Source of the DNA: a virus
Lineage: Duplodnaviria > Caudoviricetes
IMG/VR virus record: IMGVR_UViG_3300049995_000009
Coordinates: 1-57,174 of that record
Length of the DNA: 57,174 nt
Direction: 5' to 3' (one strand)
Position 1 is the stretch's first letter; each line of letters begins with the position of its first letter. The notes beneath the pieces were generated by a model. The model was not told the origin of the DNA, did no database searches, and was given only the letters and a program-made list of their open reading frames with translations. Below are positions 24,960 to 35,090 of the stretch, one piece after another. A program made the position numbers and the translations under genes.

Positions 24960-26100
24960 CTGGCGCGTATGGCTATTACTGGCTGGGCGTGGATTCGGCA
25001 AAACACGCACGATCAATGAATGGGCTATGACGCAAGCCAAACCAGGAACACGAGGCGCAATCGTGGCTGCAACAGCAGCAGATGTCAGAGATGTGATGAT
25101 TGAGGGGGATAGCGGGCTGCATACGATAGCGCCGTGGATAAACTACGAGCCAAGCAAGCGGCGCGTGACTTGGCCGAATGGCGCAACGGCGACAATGTTC
25201 TCTGCTGACGAGCCCGATAGGTTGCGCGGGCCACAATTCCATTGGGCGATTTGTGATGAACTTGCAGCATGGCGTCATCCGATTGCATTTGACATGCTCA
25301 TGCTCGGCTTGCGATTGGGAACTGACCCGCGCTGCGCCGTGGCAACGACACCACGCCCAACGCGCATTATCAAGGACTTATCAACCGCGCCGACAACAGT
25401 TGTAACGCGCGGTTCAACATACGACAATAGAGACAACCTTGCGCCTGCATTCTTTGAGCAAATCGTATCACAGTATGAAGGTACTCGATTAGGGCGACAA
25501 GAAATCAACGCAGAGATACTTGATGATGTTCCGGGTGCATTATGGAATCGCAAGATGCTTGATGATACTCGCGTATCACAGGCGCCACAGCTAACGCGCA
25601 TCGTGGTTGCAGTTGACCCAGAGGCAACGGCGACAGAGACAAGCGCAGAGACAGGGATAGGCGCGGCTGGATTGGGGATTGACCATCATGGCTATGTTCT
25701 GGAGGATAGAACAATCAAGGGCAGTCCCTTGACATGGGCAACGCAGGCCGTGTCTCTATTTCATATTCTGAAAGCCGACCGCATTATATACGAAGCCAAT
25801 CAGGGCGGCGATATGGTTGCACATACATTGCGCAGTGTTGACCCCAATGTACCGCTTAAGGCAGTCCATGCCAGCAAGGGCAAACAGGCTAGAGCTGAAC
25901 CAATTGCAGCACTTTATGAACAAGGGAAGGCGCATCATGTCGGTATATTTGCAGACCTGGAAGACCAGTTATGCAACTGGACTCCGAACAGTGGACAACC
26001 ATCGCCGGACAGACTTGACTGGCTAGTATGGGCGCTGACTGAACTTATGATAGGCAGCGGAACTTCTTGGACAGAGGATGATCCCTTTGCAGGATGGTGA
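24823..26100 (+). CDS. terL: Terminase large subunit
   Basis: AGRGFGKT Walker A, CDELAAW Walker B, VAVDP and SPDRLD nuclease motifs. Confidence 0.95.
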   Translation: MKSSVSSLPVWQEQMIAEAIEKAKALRPRLVKQWRPRPTQTPPPGNWRVWLLLAGRGFGKTRTINEWAMTQAKPGTRGAIVAATAADVRDVMIEGDSGLHTIAPWINYEPSKRRVTWPNGATATMFSADEPDRLRGPQFHWAICDELAAWRHPIAFDMLMLGLRLGTDPRCAVATTPRPTRIIKDLSTAPTTVVTRGSTYDNRDNLAPAFFEQIVSQYEGTRLGRQEINAEILDDVPGALWNRKMLDDTRVSQAPQLTRIVVAVDPEATATETSAETGIGAAGLGIDHHGYVLEDRTIKGSPLTWATQAVSLFHILKADRIIYEANQGGDMVAHTLRSVDPNVPLKAVHASKGKQARAEPIAALYEQGKAHHVGIFADLEDQLCNWTPNSGQPSPDRLDWLVWALTELMIGSGTSWTEDDPFAGW

Positions 26101-26103
26101 TAC

Positions 26104-27561
26104 ATGGGACTAAGGCAGACGATAGGAAATGCAATAAAATTCTTTTTGCAACAAGACGAGGCATTTGATACCGAATATCAAAGCCGTCTAGAGAAATATG
26201 AGGCATTGCGAAGGCTTGTACGTGGCGAACACAAGAAAAGTCTCAAGGTCAAGTTTGATCAGTTCGATGACAATATTGCGCTAAATTTTACGGGACTTGT
26301 TATTGATCGCTCTGTTTCAATGCTGTTTGGCAAGGGGATTGAATTCGATTTCGGCGAAGAAGCAAAACAAAATATCATGGTTTTGCCGCGCCTAATTGCC
26401 CTTCATCCAGGGCGAATGACAATCGAAACCGACCCCGAAGATTATGAGCGAATAACGGAATATCGCGTTCGATTTGATTGTACTGTTACTGGAAGCGATG
26501 GAAAGGAAATGGATGTTTCCCGACTGGAAACTATCTCGCGTGAAATTGCCGAAGAATCACAGGGCACGACAAGCGAGCAAGAACGCGCCCTTACAACTCC
26601 GCGCCAAGTAGAAACAGGAAACTGGATTATACGCGAGTTCAAATTAGATAAAACAACTCAAAATAAATGGCAACAGATAGGACAAGACATCCGGTGGGAA
26701 TATTCATTCCCACCCATTCTGCATTGGCAAAACCTGCCCGACCCAGAGGGGGCATACGGTCTTTCTGACATCGAGGGCATTGACCAAGCGCAAGACCGCC
26801 TAAATTTTATCAATAGCAATATCAGTAAAATCATTCGATTCTTTGCACATCCGATGCGATGGGGAAAGAATGTTGAAAAGAAAGATTTGCTAGATTCAGG
26901 CCCAGATAAATGGTTGCGTTTTACTGGAGAAACGGCGGCGGTGGGACAACTTGATGCTATTGGGGACTTAGTGAGTAGTCGAAACTTTGCCATTGACATT
27001 CGGCAGGCGCTCTTTGATATTTCGCGCACTCAGGATATGAGTAATCTATTATTGAAAAGTGGGCAACTTACCGATTTCGGTCTACATGTTGCAATGTGGG
27101 ACGCGCTGAATAAGAACGAAACCAAGCGGGAATTATATGGCGATGCTATTCTTGAATTGAATCGCAGGCTCCTGGCATTTCGCCAAGAGGGACAGGGAGA
27201 GGATAGGGCAGAATATATTGATCTCGTTTATCGTGCCAACAAGTTACCCATATTCTTAGATCGTCTTGCATATTTTGGAAGCACTTACGGGACTTGTTAT
27301 ATAAAGATTGTCCCTGATGGCATTGAATTTGATGCGTCTGATACTGATTCGATTATTTGGCCTGACCCATTGCCCATTGATTCTATAGCGCAAACCAATG
27401 CGCTTGTGCAACAGGTCGGTGCGGGATTGGTGAGTAGGGAAACGGCAGCGCGTGAACTTGGACGAGATTGGGAAACCGAAGAAGAGCGTATGAATACGAC
27501 GGCGGTTAGTCAAACCAATGTCGGGGCTGAATTGCTAAAGTCTTTCAATCAGGGCAAATGA
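26104..27561 (+). CDS. SPP1-like portal protein with one internal block out of order
   Basis: NFTGLVIDRSVSMLFG, YGLSDI, IIWPDPLP and LVSRETA; follows TerL. Confidence 0.85.
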   Translation: MGLRQTIGNAIKFFLQQDEAFDTEYQSRLEKYEALRRLVRGEHKKSLKVKFDQFDDNIALNFTGLVIDRSVSMLFGKGIEFDFGEEAKQNIMVLPRLIALHPGRMTIETDPEDYERITEYRVRFDCTVTGSDGKEMDVSRLETISREIAEESQGTTSEQERALTTPRQVETGNWIIREFKLDKTTQNKWQQIGQDIRWEYSFPPILHWQNLPDPEGAYGLSDIEGIDQAQDRLNFINSNISKIIRFFAHPMRWGKNVEKKDLLDSGPDKWLRFTGETAAVGQLDAIGDLVSSRNFAIDIRQALFDISRTQDMSNLLLKSGQLTDFGLHVAMWDALNKNETKRELYGDAILELNRRLLAFRQEGQGEDRAEYIDLVYRANKLPIFLDRLAYFGSTYGTCYIKIVPDGIEFDASDTDSIIWPDPLPIDSIAQTNALVQQVGAGLVSRETAARELGRDWETEEERMNTTAVSQTNVGAELLKSFNQGK

Positions 27562-27582
27562 GATTTTGCGGAGGGGGCAGAA

Positions 27583-27831
27583 ATGCAGGATAACAATGCA
27601 ATTTTTGAAAAATTGTTCGCAGCGCATTTCCGGGGATTGGAATTGATTGCCCACAATACAGGAATCCGGGTTAATGTGAAAGAGGCGTGCCGGGAATATG
27701 GCGTTCAGGCAAAAGCCCCTAGCCGATATATCAAGACCCGGAAGGGAAAACGTCGTTATTGGCCGTATTTGACTAAAGAGCAAAAGCGGCAGGCAATTGT
27801 CAACGCCGTATTGAGGGAGGCACAGTCATAA
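27583..27831 (+). CDS. Small basic hypothetical protein
   Basis: GGAGG RBS. Confidence 0.55.
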   Translation: MQDNNAIFEKLFAAHFRGLELIAHNTGIRVNVKEACREYGVQAKAPSRYIKTRKGKRRYWPYLTKEQKRQAIVNAVLREAQS

Positions 27832-27834
27832 TGT

Positions 27835-28779
27835 GTGGAGGGGGCAGAATTGAATCAGGAGACAGCGGACAGGTGGTGTCTTGCACACCACAATGAACTT
27901 TATAAACTGAATAGGTTGGCTGGCGCGCGCATCCTAATGACGGGCGGCACAGGATTTGTCGGGCGCGCCATGCAAGAGCATTTCGTCTATACCGAAGCGG
28001 GACTTAATGCAACACTATATATTACATCCCGCAATGTTCAGGAAAGAACGCGAATAGGATTTGGAATATATTTGATTCCTGGCACAGCCGAAACATGCAA
28101 GATTCCCGATAACATTACGCATGTTATCCACTTGGAGCCGTATGGCGAAGAGGGAATATTTCGGCTTTTTCAAGACAGCACCCTAAAAGTTTTGTATGCC
28201 AGTTCTGGCGCGGCAGAAGCTTGTGATAGCAATTATGCCAGAGCAAAATTGACCGGGGAATATCTTTGTCATCTGCTCAGATTGAATCACGGAATAGATG
28301 CAACAGTCGCCCGCCTATGGTCATTCGTCGGGCCGCATCTTCCGCTCGATAGCAATTATGCTATCGGCAACTTTATCAGGGATGGACTGAATGGCGGCCC
28401 TATCATCGTCAAGGGCGATGGCGAGGCGGTACGCTCGTATATGTACACGACCGACCTTGCAGAGTGGATGTGGACAATCCTGCTGAATGGGCGAGCAGGC
28501 GAGATTTACAATGTCGGTTCTGAGAATGCTATCACGACTGGCGATCTGGCGCAAAAGATTGCACTTGCACTAAAGTCATACAGGTCATCACGTTTTGAGA
28601 CATGGCGAGTATACGCAGAATTGAACATTGACATTCTGAATGAACAAGGCGAGCTGTCAACGCGCTACGTGCCCGACACCAGCAAGACGCGCAATGAGTT
28701 GGGGCTAACGCAAAAGGTCGGCTTGGATGAGGCAATCGCCAGGACGATAGAATGGAATAGAAAAAATGCGCAAACTTGA
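27835..28779 (+). CDS. NAD-dependent sugar epimerase/dehydratase (likely start TTG 27850)
   Basis: TGGTGFVG, YARAK (YxxxK), RSYMY and YNVGS. Confidence 0.9.
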   Translation: MEGAELNQETADRWCLAHHNELYKLNRLAGARILMTGGTGFVGRAMQEHFVYTEAGLNATLYITSRNVQERTRIGFGIYLIPGTAETCKIPDNITHVIHLEPYGEEGIFRLFQDSTLKVLYASSGAAEACDSNYARAKLTGEYLCHLLRLNHGIDATVARLWSFVGPHLPLDSNYAIGNFIRDGLNGGPIIVKGDGEAVRSYMYTTDLAEWMWTILLNGRAGEIYNVGSENAITTGDLAQKIALALKSYRSSRFETWRVYAELNIDILNEQGELSTRYVPDTSKTRNELGLTQKVGLDEAIARTIEWNRKNAQT

Positions 28780-28990
28780 TTGGTTTGAATTATTACAAAT
28801 AAAGTTTTGGGGCACAGTTTTACATTGTCTATCCATACTTGTTGTAAGGGCATCGGGTATAGAACCGAGTCAAAAGCAATTTGACTCAACACAGACAAGG
28901 ATTGAAAACTTTCTCGATGAACTTATTAAGACTGAAAAGGCATACATTCAGGAAATGGAAAATGAAAATCGGCAATCGGCAAATCGGTGA
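28766..28990 (+). CDS. Hypothetical protein
   Basis: Fills the gap between cluster genes with overlaps on both sides. Confidence 0.45.
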   Translation: MRKLDWFELLQIKFWGTVLHCLSILVVRASGIEPSQKQFDSTQTRIENFLDELIKTEKAYIQEMENENRQSANR

Positions 28991-30002
28991 CGGCGCATCG
29001 TGCTATATCATCGCAGAGGCGGGTGTCAATCACTGTGGCGAGATTGATATTGCGCGTTGCATGATTGACGCTGCAAAGCAGGCGGGCGCGGATGCGGTCA
29101 AGTTCCAACTCTACTACCCAGACAAGACCATCTCGAAGTTTTGCCCGCAGGCGGAATATGCACGCCGCGCAGGGATGACTGAATCACACAAGGATATGAC
29201 GGCGCGGCTGATGCTCGCGGTGAAGGATTACAGAAGACTCAAGAATCATTGTGACGACATTGGTATTGAATTCTTGTGTACTGGCTTTGACGAAACGGCA
29301 ATTAATGCGCTTTATGTGATGGGCGTGCGTGCACTGAAAATCCCAAGCGGCGAGATTAATAACCTCACTTACCTGCGTTATGCGGCATACTACCAATTGC
29401 CCATTATCTTGTCAACTGGCATGTCCGAATTGTGGGAAGTTGAACAGGCCATCCGCGCAATTGTATCACGTGGCAACCATGACATTGCCTTACTGCATTG
29501 TGTTAGCAACTATCCCGCCGCACCAGAAGATTGCAACCTGCACGCAATGAAGGCGATGCGTAATGAATTCGGTTATCCCGTTGGGTTTAGTGACCACACC
29601 GAAGGCAATGAGGTTGCACTTGCGGCGGTTGCGTTGGGGGCATGTATCATCGAAAAGCATTTCACGCTCGACAAGTCGCTGCCAGGACCAGACCATCAAG
29701 CGTCTTGCACACCCGACGAGTTTGCGGCTCTCGTGGAAGGGATACGAAAGGTTGAAAAGTCGCTATCAGGCGATGGTGTCAAACGCATGATGGAAAGCGA
29801 GCGCAACACGCGAGACGTGGCTCGCAAAAGTGTCGTGGCGGCGCGTGACATTCAGGAGGGGGAAACTTTCACGCGCGATAATCTGACAGTAAAGCGACCT
29901 GGAACTGGATTGTCGCCATACATGCTAGATAAACTCATCGGACATAAAGTCACAAGTCGAATTGAGGCCGATGTTATTATCGCGCGGAAGATGGTGAAAT
30001 GA
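28962..30002 (+). CDS. neuB: N-acetylneuraminate/nonulosonic acid synthase with SAF domain
   Basis: IIAEAGVNH, ADAVKFQ, KIPSGE, LSTGM, LHCVSNYP, GFSDHT, IEKHFTLD and KRPGTG. Confidence 0.95.
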   Translation: MKIGNRQIGDGASCYIIAEAGVNHCGEIDIARCMIDAAKQAGADAVKFQLYYPDKTISKFCPQAEYARRAGMTESHKDMTARLMLAVKDYRRLKNHCDDIGIEFLCTGFDETAINALYVMGVRALKIPSGEINNLTYLRYAAYYQLPIILSTGMSELWEVEQAIRAIVSRGNHDIALLHCVSNYPAAPEDCNLHAMKAMRNEFGYPVGFSDHTEGNEVALAAVALGACIIEKHFTLDKSLPGPDHQASCTPDEFAALVEGIRKVEKSLSGDGVKRMMESERNTRDVARKSVVAARDIQEGETFTRDNLTVKRPGTGLSPYMLDKLIGHKVTSRIEADVIIARKMVK

Positions 30003-30109
30003 ATAAATATGATCTACAAACGCATTTAGGCGCAGCGGCGATATGGTTTATCGGTATGGGTATAGGGATTACAATTCTTTACATTGTACATCTTGTGTTA
30101 GGCGGATAA
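29999..30109 (+). CDS. 36-aa TM peptide
   Basis: Manual translation; ATGA and TAATG coupling on both sides. Confidence 0.45.
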   Translation: MNKYDLQTHLGAAAIWFIGMGIGITILYIVHLVLGG

Positions 30110-31263
30110 TGAGGCGCATCGGCGTTGTCACCCAATCCCGCAGCGAGTACAGCATCTTGCGCCCCGTGCTAAAGCGCATCACTGCCGACCCTGATTTGCA
30201 ACTGGTGCTGTATGTGGGCGGGATGCACCTGTCACCCGACTTTGGCAACACAGAGACAGAGATTGAGTACCCGATTGCAGAGCGGGTGGAATGTCTCATG
30301 TCCAGCGATTCACCGGAAGGGACAGGCAAGAGCATCGGCCTAACTGCGATGGGATTCGCGCAAGCGTTCGCCAACAACAAGCCTGATATTTTGCTGGTAA
30401 CAGGCGATAGATATGAGATGTTTGCCGCTGCTGCCGCTGCTGTTCCATTTGGAATCCCAATAGTGCATCTGGATGGCGGGGCGCTGACCTACGGCGCATT
30501 TGATGAACAGTGGCGACATGCCATGACGAAATTGGCGCATTTGCATTTCTGTTACACCGAGGAAAACGCAATACGTGTCAAGCAGATGGGAGAGGAGGCA
30601 TGGCGCGTAACGATGACGGGCAGTCCGGCATTAGACGATATTCGCCCTGACAAAATATGGAAACATCTTGACGAATGCAATCTACATATCACTGGCGACA
30701 CATTGCTTGTTGTGTTTCACTCTGTCACGACTGAATATGAGCACACAGAGGAATATATTAACAACTTGCTGGCTGCCCTGCTGCGCATCAACCAACCCGT
30801 TATTATGATTATGCCGAACTCAGACATGGGTGGGCATATCATCATCAAGGCAATGCGCCACTTTGCAGAGAAGTATCCCAAGCTGGCGCAAGCGCACGCG
30901 AATTTGTGGCCCGACGTATTTCGCGGCGTCATGGCTTATTGCGGTGTGATGGTTGGCAATTCATCGGCGGGAATCATGGAAGCGCCGAGCTTTCATTTGC
31001 CCGTTGTGAATATCGGGACGCGACAGGCAGGGCGGATGCACGCCCGCAACGTGATTGACGTTGGCTATTCGGTTGACAATATTGCGAACGGTGTCGAACT
31101 GGCAAGTCGCTTTTACTTTCGTAATAGCCTGGATAATCTGGTAAATCCCTACGGCGACGGACATGCCGCCGAGCGCATTGTAGATGTGCTGAAAACGACG
31201 CCGATAAATGAGGCATTACTTATCAAGAAATTCTCGGAGGGAAAACATGACCAACCTATTTGA
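30109..31263 (+). CDS. neuC: Hydrolysing UDP-GlcNAc 2-epimerase
   Basis: SRSEY, GMHLSPDFG, GDRYE, RHAMTKLAHLHF, GNSSAGIMEAP and NPYGDG. Confidence 0.93.
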   Translation: MRRIGVVTQSRSEYSILRPVLKRITADPDLQLVLYVGGMHLSPDFGNTETEIEYPIAERVECLMSSDSPEGTGKSIGLTAMGFAQAFANNKPDILLVTGDRYEMFAAAAAAVPFGIPIVHLDGGALTYGAFDEQWRHAMTKLAHLHFCYTEENAIRVKQMGEEAWRVTMTGSPALDDIRPDKIWKHLDECNLHITGDTLLVVFHSVTTEYEHTEEYINNLLAALLRINQPVIMIMPNSDMGGHIIIKAMRHFAEKYPKLAQAHANLWPDVFRGVMAYCGVMVGNSSAGIMEAPSFHLPVVNIGTRQAGRMHARNVIDVGYSVDNIANGVELASRFYFRNSLDNLVNPYGDGHAAERIVDVLKTTPINEALLIKKFSEGKHDQPI

Positions 31264-31981
31264 CGTATCCGGCAAAGTCGCTCTGGTGACAGGCGGGCGG
31301 CGCGGGATTGGGTTCGCGCTGGCGATGGGATTGCGCGACGCTGGCGCGAAGGTGGCTGTCATCGCCAAGTCGGATAATCGCGGCGAATTGCCCGATGAGA
31401 TATTTTACACTGAAGCAGACCTGTATCTGCGATCGGCTCGGCGCTATCTTGTTGACAGGATTGCAGATCATATGGGCGGCCTGGATATCCTGGTAAACAA
31501 TGCGGGCAACTCGATACTCGCATCGGCACTCGATACCATGCCAACAGAATGGGATACACAATTCGCCGTCAACGTGGATGCCCCATTTGAATTGTCGCAG
31601 CAGGCGGCAAAGATTATGATGACACATGGATGGGGTCGCATTATCAATATCACATCCATCTCTGCATTCAACGGAAACCGAAACGGCGCGGCCTACGTTG
31701 CCACAAAGCACGCCCTGTGGGGCATGACAAAGACGTTATCAAATGAATGGGCCCCCTACGGGATTACGGTCAATTGCATTGCGCCGGGATTCGTCAAGAC
31801 GCCAATGGCAGCAAGAAATATGGACCCTGAGAAGGAAAAACAAATCGTGGGCAGGATTCCGGTGGGAAGAATCGCCACGCCCGCCGACCTCGTTGGCCCG
31901 CTACTGTTCTTGGCGAGTGATGCGAGTCGGTATATAACAGGTTCGACAATCGTTGTTGACGGGGGATGGTTGGCGAGATGA
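31247..31981 (+). CDS. SDR oxidoreductase (KduD-like)
   Basis: TGGRRGIG, NNAG, YVATK and VDGG. Confidence 0.9.
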   Translation: MTNLFDVSGKVALVTGGRRGIGFALAMGLRDAGAKVAVIAKSDNRGELPDEIFYTEADLYLRSARRYLVDRIADHMGGLDILVNNAGNSILASALDTMPTEWDTQFAVNVDAPFELSQQAAKIMMTHGWGRIINITSISAFNGNRNGAAYVATKHALWGMTKTLSNEWAPYGITVNCIAPGFVKTPMAARNMDPEKEKQIVGRIPVGRIATPADLVGPLLFLASDASRYITGSTIVVDGGWLAR

Positions 31982-33084
31982 GTTACTCAAAGCACATGCG
32001 CGGCTACACTGACCCGCGCACATTATACCAAACTGACGCGCTGTACCATTGGCAACACGGCGAACCGTTTATGCCAGTCATGGTCGAGATTAGTCCAGAC
32101 CATCGGTGTATCCAGTGCTGCCGATATTGCTATAACCAGAATCATGTCAATGATGAAGTACTGCGCCCGCATGTCTTTGTAGATGTGATGGGTCAATTGG
32201 CCGATTGCGGCGTCAAATCCGTGATGATACAGGGTTCTGGCGAGCCGCTTATGCACAAGTCGTTGAGCGTGGCTGTTGAGGTTGGCGCAAAGTTCGGATT
32301 GGCAATGACACTGACGACGAATGGCGTGCTGTTGACGCCGCGCCTGCAAGAAAAGTTATTGCCTAATTTGGCATACATTCGATTGAGTGTTGTCGAGAGT
32401 GACCCGAAGCGGTACGCTTTTCTGCATGGATGCGATGAACTGCAATGGTACAAGCTGATTGAGAATATCAAGAGCGCCGTTGCATTGCGAGAGCGGCTCG
32501 ACTTGCCCATTGCGCTGATCGCGTCGGTGTATCTGGAAGATGTGAACTTTGCGCACACATACGAGATTGTGAAATTCTGCAAAGAACTTGGCCTGGACTA
32601 TATCTCAGTCCAGGAGGCGGGCTACTATGATCACTCGCCTGCCGGGGCTGCATCGTATGCGTCAACTCGATATTCGGCAGACGCTATCGAAGATATGCGG
32701 CACGAAGTATTGTCACTTTGTAACGATAACTTTCGCGTCAAGGTGCGCTTTCCGGTCAACGATGGTTGCCATTTCTCTGGAATGGACAAGGATACCTACC
32801 GGCCCGGCTATTGCCAGGGCGTCAAGTTTATGACCATCATCGCAGCCGACGGGAATGTGTACCCGTGTTACCGAGCCTGGGGCAATCCGCTTTTGAGCTA
32901 TGGCAGTTTATACGAGCAATCATTCGCTGGAATTTGGAACAACGCAAGGCGACGGGAGATTGAGCAATTCATCTTGGGCACGCCGCCAACGGGCCAGGAA
33001 TGCGCGGTATGCAACAACAACACGACTAACCCGATGCTGGACAGATTGCGCAATGCTACAAGATGGAAGGACTTTCTAACATGA
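31978..33084 (+). CDS. Radical SAM/SPASM protein
   Basis: CIQCCRYC, GSGEP; C-terminal C...GNVYPC...CAVC. Confidence 0.9.
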   Translation: MSYSKHMRGYTDPRTLYQTDALYHWQHGEPFMPVMVEISPDHRCIQCCRYCYNQNHVNDEVLRPHVFVDVMGQLADCGVKSVMIQGSGEPLMHKSLSVAVEVGAKFGLAMTLTTNGVLLTPRLQEKLLPNLAYIRLSVVESDPKRYAFLHGCDELQWYKLIENIKSAVALRERLDLPIALIASVYLEDVNFAHTYEIVKFCKELGLDYISVQEAGYYDHSPAGAASYASTRYSADAIEDMRHEVLSLCNDNFRVKVRFPVNDGCHFSGMDKDTYRPGYCQGVKFMTIIAADGNVYPCYRAWGNPLLSYGSLYEQSFAGIWNNARRREIEQFILGTPPTGQECAVCNNNTTNPMLDRLRNATRWKDFLT

Positions 33085-33611
33085 TTCAAGTCAGGCAATG
33101 CGTCGGGAAAACTGATTGCGCGTGGCACAAGGCGCATAGTTGGGATGGGCATGTCTACATAGAGCCAGAGATATTCACCGGCGATGTTTGCCCTATTTTG
33201 TGGCATACACTCTATCCATACTTCTTGGGCGCACTATTCGGGGCGCGGTATCACTACAACAAGCAGGGTGATTGTCCAGTCTGCTGCCCTGCTGAGTTCG
33301 GCATTGACGTTTTCGTGAAGGTGCGGCCCAACGACGGCAAGTTCCCGGCAGAAGTGCAAGCAGATTGGCGCGATGTGATACACGCCGAAGTGGTCAAGGT
33401 CAACGGCCTATGCGACTATGGGCACAAGGTCGGTGATCGGTTCGTGTTCCCGACCTGCAGGGCGATGATGCAACGCTACGCCTGCCCTGCTGGAATCAAT
33501 AACCTGTTCCCGTTCTTGCAGATCAAGCGACCGAAGTGCATCAACCTGGCGCGGATGCGGTGCCCGGATTGGCAAGAGAATATTTATTACTCGTTGGAGC
33601 GGAATGATTGA
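33081..33611 (+). CDS. Tandem TIGR04076-like Cys-rich protein
   Basis: [31 protein letters not shown]...LFP and CPD. Confidence 0.6.
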   Translation: MIQVRQCVGKTDCAWHKAHSWDGHVYIEPEIFTGDVCPILWHTLYPYFLGALFGARYHYNKQGDCPVCCPAEFGIDVFVKVRPNDGKFPAEVQADWRDVIHAEVVKVNGLCDYGHKVGDRFVFPTCRAMMQRYACPAGINNLFPFLQIKRPKCINLARMRCPDWQENIYYSLERND

Positions 33612-34686
33612 CTTGCGTCTTAGTGACTTGACGAAAACAGAGCGCCAAAAACTCGAACGCTGTGAGGCGGTTATCCAGCGCGGCCTAAATACGTTTGTCG
33701 AAGTTGGGCAGGCACTCTTGACTATCCGAGATGATAGGCTGTACCGGGCAGAGTTTGGGACATTTGAGGAATATTGTAAGGGAAAATGGGGATGGGCAAG
33801 AAACTATGCAAATAAACTCATTGCGTCGGCTGAGGTGGTTGGAAATTTGGGTACCATGGTACCCATTTTACCAGAATCAGAGCGCCAAGCCCGTCCACTT
33901 ACAGCGCTTCTGCCAGAACAACAGATCGCGGTATGGCAACGCGCCATTGAAACCGCGCCGAATGGAAAGATAACAGCGGCGCATGTTCAAGGCGTTGTAG
34001 ATGATTTTATTCGGCCTCCAATCGAAAGCGCCGACGATATTGATGATGATGATTTGGGGAAAATTTGCGCAACGTGTAAGCATTGTCAAACGCATGGTGA
34101 GGACTGGTGGTGTACATTATTAGAACGTCCGGTTGGTATTGAATACACAATCTGTCAAGGAGAATCTTGGGAAGATGAATGTAAACAACCAATTCCGCAC
34201 GTTGCCCATAACAGCGGAAACAATGAATGGTACACGCCACAAGAATATATAGACGCTGCCCGCGCTGTGATGGGCGACATTGACCTTGACCCCGCTTCTA
34301 CTGAGGTAGCCAATACAGTTATCAATGCAAAGAGATTCTACACGGCGCAAGATGATGGACTGTTGCACGACTGGCGCGGGCGCGTGTGGATGAATCCGCC
34401 GTATGCGTCCGACCTGATTGGCGGTTTTATTGACAAGTTACTTGCGTCCGATGATGTTAGTCAAGCAATTGTTCTGGTGAATAATGCAACGGAGACAAAA
34501 TGGTTTCAATCGCTTGTGGGGGAAGCATCGGCTGTGTGTTTTACGGCGGGGCGTATTAGGTTTTGGAGTCCAGACAAAGAGTCGGCGTCGCCCTTGCAGG
34601 GGCAGGCGATTCTATATATTGGCGAGAATATAAAATTGTTCATCAAAGAGTTTTCAAGGTTTGGTTGGGTTGCATTGATTCAATGA
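33604..34686 (+). CDS. Phage Dam-like N6-adenine DNA methyltransferase with N-terminal helical domain
   Basis: EWYTP, DLDPAS, WMNPPY and GRIRF. Confidence 0.85.
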   Translation: MIDLRLSDLTKTERQKLERCEAVIQRGLNTFVEVGQALLTIRDDRLYRAEFGTFEEYCKGKWGWARNYANKLIASAEVVGNLGTMVPILPESERQARPLTALLPEQQIAVWQRAIETAPNGKITAAHVQGVVDDFIRPPIESADDIDDDDLGKICATCKHCQTHGEDWWCTLLERPVGIEYTICQGESWEDECKQPIPHVAHNSGNNEWYTPQEYIDAARAVMGDIDLDPASTEVANTVINAKRFYTAQDDGLLHDWRGRVWMNPPYASDLIGGFIDKLLASDDVSQAIVLVNNATETKWFQSLVGEASAVCFTAGRIRFWSPDKESASPLQGQAILYIGENIKLFIKEFSRFGWVALIQ

Positions 34687-35090
34687 ACAATGTACGCGGC
34701 GTGATTCGTAATAGGGAATATTATAATCAAGTCAAAGATTATTCTGGACTTAGATGGGGGAAAATTACGCCAACTGACTTAGATGGATTTATAGATTTTG
34801 GCGACAAGCTATTTGTGATAATCGAATTGAAACACGGAGATAAAAAAGTAGACAGAGGGCAGGAGTTGGCGCTTGAAAGGCTACACGCTTCTATCATAAA
34901 ATCTCGCAAGCGGTGTTTCGTAATAGTCGCCCGCTACGATACATCTGAGGACGTTGATGTGTCAAACTGTATAGTTGATTCAATGCGTTGTAATGGAAAA
35001 TGGAAACAATCTGAGGAACATATAACAGTGAAATGTTTCATTGATAGAGTCTTGAATAAATATGCACCAGAGTATTTGGGGGCAGAATGA
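34683..35090 (+). CDS. PD-(D/E)xK-like protein
   Basis: PTDLDG...IIELK...GQ motif. Confidence 0.6.
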   Translation: MNNVRGVIRNREYYNQVKDYSGLRWGKITPTDLDGFIDFGDKLFVIIELKHGDKKVDRGQELALERLHASIIKSRKRCFVIVARYDTSEDVDVSNCIVDSMRCNGKWKQSEEHITVKCFIDRVLNKYAPEYLGAE

